DNA of 64,000 nucleotides from Octopus bimaculoides. Lineage: Eukaryota. Below are positions 54,121-64,000 of this stretch, in pieces. The notes below the pieces were generated by a model that had not been told where the DNA came from, searched no databases, and was given only the letters and a program-made list of their open reading frames with translations. The translations under genes and the position numbers were made by a program. Position 1 is the stretch's first letter. The number at the start of each line of letters is the position of its first letter. The stretch is from contig NC_068996.1 in assembly GCF_001194135.2 (NCBI RefSeq), forward strand, positions 53,286,723 to 53,350,722, written 5' to 3'.

Positions 54121-55049
54121 GACAACCATATATGTATTGTGTTGATGAATGAATGTAACCATGATATTCTTTGACTTGATGAGCAAGCTTTTTTACTTGT
54201 ATTAATCTATAAACTGATACATTAATATAAACATGTAGAATAATTTATTAATTATTCTACACTAAAATAAATTGTTTTTCTATGATAAAGGCTGTGAAAT
54301 GATCATTGTTATATGGATATATAAATATATTCGTCTCATACCTCCTGACTTTCTTTATATTTTATACACTCCTAATGAAGTAATCATGACGAATTGGATA
54401 TCAACTGCATCGGACTATACATCACATCCCTTTGTTTTGTTTTGGTTTACTCTGTGGTTTATAGTCTGATCTATTAAAGGAGCTTTCTTGAAAGTACCAC
54501 TGGATTAGTTAAATCTATATACTGTCCTTTTCAATTCTATTTCACTATTATCAGTATTTGCTGTTTCATTAAATTATGTTACCCAAAATCCCAAAAGAAT
54601 ATTTTTCTCCTTCATGTTCTATCCCTGACCACCCTATCTCTGGCTCTCTCTCTCTCTCTTTCGATTACCACTTGCTTCACCAACACGTTCCCCTCCTCCA
54701 CCAACCCACCCTATATAAACTAGTGCATGCACTCAGATTCCCCTACTCTATTTTGAATAACNNNNNNNNNNNNCGAAAGAAAATGAATCCAGAAGATGCT
54801 CTTGTCTAATTTTGCCATCTCGCGGTACGACCACTCTCCCACCCCCACCACCTGTGCTGGAAGTCCCTATCCTATGTCATCCTTTGGTTGTCTCCCATGA
54901 ACACTTCTAAAGGCTTAACGCCATTCCCACCCCTACTTAGGGTTTATCTCCTATGTAAAGTAGTGATCATATAGTGCATAAATATGATGGCGTAGTGTAT
55001 GCAAGTTGAAGGCTATTGTTTGTTTATGAATTCTGCCAAATGCGAGCTT

Positions 55050-55420
55050 TCTTTTCAGGTACATGATACTGCTGTCCCCCATCCCAGAGTCTCATGGGCC
55101 CACACCCTCAGAGTCGGCACACTCAACGTGGGCACACTGAAAGGTAGGTCTAGTGAGATTGTTGAGATGCTTGAACAGAGATTTGTGTTGCCTCCACGAA
55201 GTAAGGTGGAGAAGCAGTTCCACTAGTTTCCTCACAGGTACAAGATTTTCTGGGCAAGGAACACTGATGGGGTAGGGTGTGGGTATACTTCTTGCAGAGA
55301 AATGGGTTGATAAGGTAATCGAGGTAGTCAGAGTATGCGATGAAATACTTATGATCAGATTAGTGCTACATCATGAGTTAGCAACCATTATCTCAGCCAG
55401 GGCTACCTGATGGACAGAAA
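55050..55420 (+). mobile_element. RTE-type LINE 5'/endonuclease fragment, same family as 63620-64000
   Basis: LRVGTLNVGTLKGRSSEIVEML. Its 55280-55400 part is near-identical by eye to 63630-63745. Confidence 0.75.
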
Positions 55421-55494
55421 GATATATATATAGATATATATGTATGTATACATATATATACATACACACACACACACATATACAAATACATATA

Positions 55495-55885
55495 CCGTAA
55501 ATCTTCGAGTATAATCCGCACTTTTTTCCCAAAATTTAAAGGTCAAAATTTCTAGTGCGTACTATATACGAGGTTAAAAATGAAAAATATTTTCTAAGTG
55601 ATAAATATGTGAAAGGCAATTTACTTAATATTTATTTTTCACTGACGTTATTACTGTTATTTCTTTATTTTCTGCAAAGTGCACAAAAAAGCTACACGTT
55701 TGCATTATGTTATATATACAATAATAATAAAGGACGTTACCGTATATACGTTAACAAACTAAGGACGTTGTATAGACCTCTTTGACTCAAGTTAGAGAAA
55801 GGGTGCATATTATACACAAGGTTTAAGTTTTTCAGAGGTACAGACCCCTAAAAATCCCCTACGTATTATACTCGAGGATTTATGG
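55495..55885. mobile_element. Tc1/mariner-pogo type MITE, second copy
   Basis: Near-identical to 13002-13460, with TA on both sides. Confidence 0.85.
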
Positions 55886-56144
55886 TACATACATATATAT
55901 AGTTAATCAAATATATTCAATGAGAATACAGTATACTGAATTTCAAATAAATGCTCTTGGTAGGGAAATGTCTAAAACCTTAAAGGTATTTAGAAATTTG
56001 ATAAGAGTGATTATAAGCAAGAACAGGAAAAATATTACATAAAAAAATCACAGAAAATATACGTCCATAATATAAATAATATTGTATTAATAGATAAAAT
56101 ATAATTATTTAAATAAAATATGATTATTTAAAAGGTTTGAGATA

Positions 56145-56230
56145 TCTTACGAGCGTTTCATGAATGTATTACCCTTTGAAATGAAATCCAAAATTGATAA
56201 TTATTAGGTAATACATCCACTCATCAGAGA
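56145..56230 (-). ncRNA. Minimal type-I hammerhead ribozyme motif
   Basis: UCU CUGAUGA [GUGGAUGUAUUACC ... GGUAAUACAUUCAU] GAAAC GCUC GUA AGA. Intact core and 14-bp stem II. Confidence 0.65.
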
Positions 56231-56482
56231 AAAGGATGAATTTCCTTGTAGTCAATTGAATGAGAGAGATGCTATTTAAAAATGTATGATAAAGATGTTG
56301 TTAAAAAAGCTACTTTATAATATAATATATACATTCACACATACATATATATACACACACACGTATATATATATATATATATATATATAGGGGAGAATGT
56401 ACGAAAAAAACAACAATAGACGAGGACAGATGGTGTAAACAACAAAAGGATGTATTAGTATGACGCTCGGGAATACGGAAAG

Positions 56483-56519
56483 TCTTTAACGTTTCGAGCT
56501 ACGCTCTTCAACAGAAAGA
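56483..56519 (-). ncRNA. Variant minimal hammerhead motif in a Penelope-related repeat
   Basis: UCUUU CUGUUGA A GAGC GUA GCUC GAAAC GUU AAAGA. Related copy at 30832-30866 (+). Confidence 0.45.
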
Positions 56520-56743
56520 ATACGGAGAAAACAAGGAGAAAAACACGTATATGTGTATATATATATACACATATACACACACGTATATATATATATGGTG
56601 GTTGTCTACTCCTTACACAGAGTTTGACCACCTCCTGCACCTACACCTTAGCCCTTTCATGGCGTGATGTGGCTTTTTAAACCAGACAATGTTTTGAAAA
56701 AACACCCACACAGATTGCACCTCTGATTTGTACTACCAATATT

Positions 56744-56809
<66 letters not shown>

Positions 56810-57451
56810 CATACATAAATATATATTATACACAGTATATATTAATTTTCTCTCTTCTCTCCTCTTAATCATTGTCATCCAGACCATGGCAGAGGAATTT
56901 AAAATTGGTTACTGATGACCTTGTTCTTATACCTCAAACTCTAGTTTAATTATAAATGAAATTTTAGGATTGGAAACAAAACCTGGAATCAAGGGGCCTT
57001 AAAGTTAACTTAGCAACAACCTAAGTTCTAGTTAACAGGAAAACAGAAAGGCCTTCAGGTAGGCCCTCTTCAATATGTAGAAATGAGGTGGAAATTTCAT
57101 ACAGTGTAATCAGCACCTAATATGGATACAATAAGAGGTGCAATGGAATCATGGGAAGGTTAACAGAGAAAGTAGACTTTGTGGCAGATGTACAAGAACA
57201 ACACTAAGATCATATGGGAAATAGATTCTCTAGAATACCCAGGAGGATCTCTAGAGGTAATAGATAGTTTCTATTAATTAGGTAACCTAATTAATGGTGG
57301 TGGTGGTGGTGGAGAAGGAGGTGATATGCTGAAAGTATAGTTGCTAAAATAAGAACTGACTGCACAAAGTTATTACCTCTGTTGGTATAAAAAATAGTGT
57401 CTCTCTCCATCTCTCTTGCTCTCTCGCTCTCTCTCTCTCTCCGTCTCTCTT

Positions 57452-57510
<59 letters not shown>

Positions 57511-57864
57511 GTAAAAGCAGATTGTATTGATACTTGTATATGGACAGCAATGTTACATAATTGTAAAACTATGGCTGCAAATGCCAAGGCAAGAAAGAAA
57601 TGAAGTTAGGGTGCTCTGTTGGATATTCAATGCCAGTTGCATAATCAAACAAAAAACAAATGTATTGAGAGAAAAATTGATAAGAGCAATGAAGACAACC
57701 AAATAAGGAAGTAACAAACTTCAGCCATGGAGAGAAAGAAGACAATAATACATTGTATTATACTGCCAAAAATGACTCCTACTTAAGTAATCCAGGAAAT
57801 ATCTCCTTACTGGTAAAATCTTGAGGAACCAACAGACATAATATTCAATAATAATAAGTTAAAG

Positions 57865-58038
57865 AAGTGATTTAAAATTCTCAATCGCAGAATAATGCTA
57901 ATAATATAGCCTGAACAGGATAAACTACCCCTATTTTGCAGGGAAAAGTGTAGGCGGCCATCTGCAAAATAGGGGTAGTTTATCCTGTTCAGGCTATATT
58001 ATTAGCATTATTCTGCGATTGAGAATTTAAAATCACTT
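57865..58038. repeat. Near-perfect foldback inverted repeat (77-bp arms, 20-nt spacer)
   Basis: 57865-57941 is the reverse complement of 57962-58038 with one mismatch. Confidence 0.95.
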
Positions 58039-58894
58039 TAACTTTCTCAGACATTTCAACACTTCTAAAAGCAAACTTCAATAATAATAGTTTCAAACAA
58101 AAAACTTTTCACATTTACTTGTGTTCTTATTTAATGTTTGATTTACACGTATTAATTTACACACTTAAATTCCAAATTAAACCACTGAAATGGGTGCCTG
58201 TCTATCACACCAGTGCATTAGGTATCAGATTACTATAAACACAGTGGAAAATTTAAAAAATCTCTCACATAAAAGATTATCTTTCAAGGGAAATGTAATA
58301 ATATTCATTCCATCTAAATACGTGTTCATTAAGAGCTATTTTGGGCCATTTGTAGTTACTTTTCAATACTGTTCAACCTGAGCAATGCTGAGATTTCCGA
58401 TAGTGTTTCAGCAGCTAAATATTTTCCAAACAAAACACTTTTTGTGGGTTTTTATTGGACTTTTTTACAGAATATTTTCTACAAAGGCATTTTTGTAATT
58501 TTTAATTTTTTTATGAAGGAATTTTTAATAAAATATTTAGTGAGTTCTCTTTTTCAGTTTACCCATCGAATATAAAATGAGTTGATTTTATCTTTTGTAT
58601 TTGAGATAAATCTGAAACACCTGTATAACAGCCAGAAGATTTGTTCACTCTGGTGCATCGTTATATAAGTATACAATTGCTTGTGTGCATATACTTGCAT
58701 GCATACATGTATGTAATGTGTAAGTAAAGTGTACATACTGCATGTGTACCTATAAATCAGAGTTGATGATGTAACCAAAAGTGAATTATGAAACAGCTGT
58801 AACCATACAGAAGTAAATTTTATTTTGCCTCTCACTTCTTTAGATTTTATGATTATTATTATTATTATTATTATTATTATTGTTATTGCACAGC

Positions 58895-60370
58895 TTCTAA
58901 CACTGGAGATGTACTATGGTGCCAGCTGTTCGCTACAGTGAACTAAAGTAACACCCCTTATTTTTCGAGCACCATCCGGGGTATTCAAGCAGTTCCAAGC
59001 AGTGCTGTTTTCTGCAAGTGCTCCACCCTTATTTCAGCCCCTATTTGTTTCATGTACTTCTCAAGATTTTCACTCACTGTTCTTAGGGCTCCGACAATTA
59101 TTGGTACTACTACCATCTTTTTCATCAGCCACAACTGCTTAACTTCCCCAGCTAACCTGTCATATCTCTCGACTTTTCTTTCTTCCCTATCGCATACCTT
59201 GTTGTCAGCTGGGCATGCTATATCTATGATCCAGCATCGTTTGCTTTCTTTCTCAGTTAAGACTATGTCTGGCTTCCTATTCTCTATCTCATGGTTGCAC
59301 TTTATAGGATCTTTGCTTATTATTTTCAATGATGCCTTTGGGTTTATGTTCGTACCACTTTGTTTTCTCTGTCAAATTCATAATTGTTGCTAATTGTCCA
59401 ATGGACAATCCTTGCTATATTGTCATGACAACTCATATTCTTTCTCGTCTAGTTGCATACATTGACTGGTAATGTACCATACTGTTTCACCATTTTGTCC
59501 ACAGATTCTGCACTTATCACTTTCTGCTGTATTGTCTATTCTGTATTTGATGTAATTGGCTCTTAATGCTTGCTCTTGAGCAGCACAGATTAGAGCTGCC
59601 ATTTCCGGTTTTAAATCACTTTTAGCCATCTGTAACCATCTTTTTTCTCTGTCTGTCTTATCTTCAACATCTTGTCCATGCATTCTTTTCTTTATCCACC
59701 TATTTTCAGTTTCATTCATTCTCAAGTGCTTGTACAAGGCTTTATCTTTATCTTTGCAATCTTCCATCCTACACAAGCCTGACCTTCTTACTTCCAATAA
59801 TAGTGGGTCTGTGACATTTTTTACATACCATGCTATGTTGTTTTCTTCTGCTCTAATGCTGTGTTCACATCCAATCAGTCCTCTTTCCCCTCTTTTTCTT
59901 AGTACATACAGTCTGTCTGTGACACTTTTTGAGTGGAGTATCCCATATCTAGTCAGCAACTTCCTTGTCTTTCTGTCTAAGCTGTTTAGTTCATCTACTG
60001 TCCATGTGATTAGCCCTCCTCCATATCTAAGTAGTGAAACCACTTCAATCCTATTTTGTCCATGTAATTTCAACTTAAGGGTCAGTCTCAGTCTGTGCAA
60101 GTACTCCACCTTAAATTTTTCTGTCATTTCTTTCTCCATCAATTTATCCATTTCCAATATTCCCAAGTACTTATAGCCCATCTCTTCTATCTGCTTCATA
60201 ACTTTCCCCGACAGTACTGCTAGGCCGTCCATACATTTGATTTTGCCTCTCCAAGACGAACATACCACACTTTTTCAGTCTGAACTCCATTCTGATATCA
60301 GTACTGAAAGTATACACCATATCAACGAGGGAACTGATTTGGGATTCATTTTTACCATAAAGTTTGGGGT
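58895..60370 (-). mobile_element. 5'-truncated R4/Dong-clade non-LTR retrotransposon (RT C-terminus, zinc knuckle, restriction-like endonuclease)
   Basis: ORFs 59423-60268 (YKYLGILE, KCRICGQNGETVWYITSQC) and 58985-59329 (RKPDIV..IIDIACP..K..RY, QKTALLGTA). Flanked by (ATT)n on both sides. Confidence 0.82.
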
Positions 60371-60719
60371 CAGACATTATTATTATTATCATTATTATTA
60401 TTATTATGATTATTATGTATCCCACAGTAGTAATATTATTAGTAGTGTTTTCTAAATGTTTCAGTGCCTAGTCATGTTATGTTAAATTGCAGCATAAATT
60501 TAATTGCTGTGTAACCTCATATCTGGTTCTCACAGTTGGAGAGTTTGACACTAGTTCTGCTTGACTCTCTGAATTCATTTTTCTATTTTATTTGTGAGTA
60601 TAAAAATGTATGGATATATTATATCTCTATATATATGTAAAAAAAAAGACAACAGAATGGTTTGAAATAACGGACTATAAGTGATTATCCAATCAAAACT
60701 TGAAATGGAGATTGTTCAC

Positions 60720-61440
60720 TCTACATCATACAATGCAAAGTAGATAAATGAAAAACTTTAAACAATTAAATCGAAGGATATTAAGTAAAGACCCTGAAGA
60801 AACTTCACCAATATTATAGTAAAGTTGCATTCACAACGGTTACAACACATTACTAGATAGAAGATACCTAGCCAGTCTAATCCAAAATGGAATAGAACGT
60901 GCAAAAATGATAGACATCCAAGTGTTATGGAAAACAAGAAAACAACAGGAGACATTTAAAACTCTATCTTACATATCAACACACAATCCAAGAAACATGG
61001 AAGTATACAAGATCATCCACCAAAACATATCCCTCTTTATGAAGGACCCGCGAATGAAAAAGGCACTAGAAACACATAGGATTATTAAAAGCAAGAGACA
61101 ACTGCAATCCCTAAAAAAATACCAGCGCCAAATTACCCACCAAAAATACAACCCCACAAGTCAAAAAGTGCAACTGTCCTAACTGTGGAACTTGCATCTT
61201 CCTCTTAGAGGGCTCAACATACTAATATAAGTCAGGTCAAACTTTTACCATAAAATATGACTTCACCTGTGCTTTGAAGAACTTAATCTGTGTTCTCAAA
61301 TGTGAAGGTTGTGGTAGTGACTACATTGGTCGAACTAGCTTAACTTTGAGGGATAGACTTACGGTGCACAGGCAACAAATCCTGGACCCCACCACTAGGA
61401 AAATTCCCATAAGCAAGCACCTAGACCAATACCACTACAA
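60720..61440 (+). mobile_element. Penelope-like element 3' part with GIY-YIG endonuclease (degenerate)
   Basis: Plus translation FTIKYDFTCALKNLICVLKCEGCGSDYIGRTSLTLRDRLTVHRQQI..PISKHLDQ, preceded by frameshifted RT-thumb-like sequence. Confidence 0.8.
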
Positions 61441-62002
61441 GTGAAAGTGATTACGGAAAGGGAATCAGAGAAATTGTAAACCAAATTCCTTTTTTTACTA
61501 TTTTCATTTCACCCTTGTTTTTTTCAGTATGATTTGTCAATCACCACTAAAATCACCACTGAACTTTGTACATTCAAACAAATTGATATACAGTTTTAAT
61601 ATTATTGACTGCTATGCAAACTTACACCTGTCCTAATTCACAATGCAAAATTTTGAAAATGTTAATTTATCAACATTGAAATATTTTAATTTGTCAACAT
61701 TGAAACTTCTAAAGATGTTTTTCTAAATCACAATTTTAAACTTTTACCGTTGGTAAACAAAAAATATTGTTGAAATTAGTTTGGTATATATGTAAATAAA
61801 AGTATTTTAAACATTTACAAGTTTTTGAAATTTTCAACAACACATTTTCCTATATTTTTTCCTGAGTGGAAACAACCCTCTCTTTTGTTTTATATATATA
61901 TATATATATATCATACATACATATATAAATATATATATGTATATATATATAGACATATATAATATATATACACACATATATATATACACAGATATCTATC
62001 TA

Positions 62003-62052
<50 letters not shown>

Positions 62053-62504
62053 TAAGCATATTTAAGGCAAATAAGAATGGAAACACAATGTAAACTGCAG
62101 CCTGTGGAAATTCCTCCTGAGTGTGACTTTATTCCTCTACGTACCACAAGATGGATTACCATGGATTATATTAATACCTTAATTGAAGTACTTATCTTTC
62201 CTTTCCTTATTATGTCTATCACATTATTTTATTTTATTCTATTTAACCCTACTCTATTTTTTAACTGACTTTCACATATTTGGGCCCTCTAAAGAAGCCT
62301 AGGGGCACATCCATTATCCAAACCCTGTCCAATGTCTATTCATCCCTGTATTTCAGTGATGTGATGAAGGTAACTTGGAAGTTTTTGTTGCCCCGTGGTA
62401 GAAACGGCCATAAGGGATTAGTACCCGATTAGTACTCATCTATTATTATTCATTTATTTCTATATGCATATATATATATGTATACTCTTTTTACTCTTTT
62501 ACTT

Positions 62505-62681
62505 GTTTCAGACATTTGACTGTGGCCATGCTGGAGCACCGCCTTTAAAATCGACCCCAGGACTTATTCTTAGGAAGCCTAGTACTTATTCTATCAGTCT
62601 CTTTTGCCAAACTGCTAAGTTTACAGGGACGTAAACACACCAGGATCGGTTGTCAAGCGATGGTGGGGGGGACCAACACAA

Positions 62682-62725
<44 letters not shown>

Positions 62726-62882
62726 GACGGGCTTCTTTCAGTTTCCGTCTACCAAGTCCACTCACAAGGCTTTGGTCGGCCCAAAACTATAGTAGAAGAC
62801 ACTTGCCCAAGGTGCCATGCAGTGGGACTGAACTCGGAACCATGTGGTTGGTAAGCAAGCTACTTAACACACAGCCACTCTG
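62505..62882 (-). mobile_element. tRNA-derived SINE (family A), full length
   Basis: Matches the other copies by eye. Confidence 0.85.
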
Positions 62883-63127
62883 CTTATGCAGTTACTGACT
62901 TATTTCATTCGTTAATTTGTATCACTCACACATATGTTTGTAATTATTTGATAAATAGATATAATTGAATGTTTACTGGCTGATATTTGTCAATTGTATA
63001 TCCTCTCCATTTTCTTATTGCGGTAAATTTCTACCCAACTGCAATATATGCCATGCAATTGTAAGCACTTGGTTATAAATAATTAAACAGTTTCTTAACC
63101 TCTAACTCATACAGAGATATATGTTTG

Positions 63128-63169
<42 letters not shown>

Positions 63170-63477
63170 CATACATACACACATATATACTCCTTTCAGA
63201 TACACAGGCAAACACACACACTCTCTCTCACTCACCCTCTTTTACTATCCTATATATATATCTCTCCACCCCTACACATTCAATAATACTATAAAAAGAG
63301 ACAGATCCTCAAGTGAAATCATATTTGAAAAACCCACAAGAATAGGTGCAAGAGCTTAATATTTATAAAACATGTGATGTATTAATAAAAATCTGTAAAT
63401 GTACAACCATCCAGATATCTGAGTACCTTAGTATTTTTCCAATATATAATTCCTGTACATCACCTCCAAACCTTCCA

Positions 63478-63479
<2 letters not shown>

Positions 63480-63569
<90 letters not shown>

Positions 63570-63615
63570 GCATATATATATATGTATATATACCTACATA
63601 TATATACATATATAT
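63480..63615. repeat. Long (TA)n microsatellite; representative of many (TA)n, (CA)n, (CT)n and (ATT)n tracts
   Basis: Direct reading. Others at about 10740, 11750, 33540-33800, 40450-40620, 57420-57508 and 61890-62050. Confidence 0.95.
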
Positions 63616-63619
63616 ATGC

Positions 63620-64000
63620 ATCGGGGGCGTAGGAATACTTCTAGCAGAGAAATGGGTTGATAAGGTAATCGAGGTAGTTAGAGTATGTGACAGAGTGCTT
63701 AAGATTAGACTAGTGCTTCATCATAGGCTAGCTACTGTCATCTCAGCCTATGCCCCTCAACCGGGGCTCCCGGTTGGGCTGAAAGACCAATTCTATGACA
63801 CCCTCTTGCAAACTACCTCATCGACAAGAGACACAGACCTTCTCTTTGTGGCTGGTGACTTCAATGGTCATGTCGGACGTCGTGCTGGAGGCTTCCATGG
63901 CATACATGGAGGCTATGGCTTCGGTTCCCGCAACGAGGAGGGAACCAGACTGCTGGAGTTCTGTGATGCAACCGATCTAATGGTTTGCAATACCAACTTC
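63620..64000 (+). mobile_element. RTE-type LINE apurinic endonuclease fragment (runs off window)
   Basis: [49 protein letters not shown]. Confidence 0.88.

Noticed and set aside
59730-60176. 148-aa plus-strand ORF
   Set aside because: Antisense of the R4-like LINE coding region.

Overview
AT-rich, repeat-dense animal genomic DNA, very probably octopus (inferred from the SINE families and the (TA)n/(CA)n load), with several assembly gaps. The only host gene I can reconstruct is a SETD1/SET1 (COMPASS H3K4 methyltransferase) orthologue on the minus strand. It has 11 phase-consistent GT-AG coding exons from the ATG at 42571 to 976 (3533 nt, about 1177 codons): N-terminal region, RRM, long S/P/Q-rich middle, acidic region. 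The N-SET/SET part lies beyond the left edge. Two NF-Y CCAAT boxes near 43.0 kb mark the likely promoter. Everything else is decayed mobile DNA: tRNA-derived SINEs, RTE fragments (one with a twin-priming-type inversion), an R4/Dong-like LINE sitting in TAA repeats, a CRE-like fragment, Penelope RT and GIY-YIG fragments, and several MITEs. The most interesting non-coding signals are minimal type-I hammerhead ribozyme motifs (best at 56145-56230, with a second 340 nt away), a 77-bp-arm foldback at 57.9 kb, a pre-miRNA-like hairpin in SETD1 intron 1, and two uORFs in the putative SETD1 leader. Exon coordinates were derived by hand from splice signals and reading frame. TE boundaries are approximate. 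No database searches were run.
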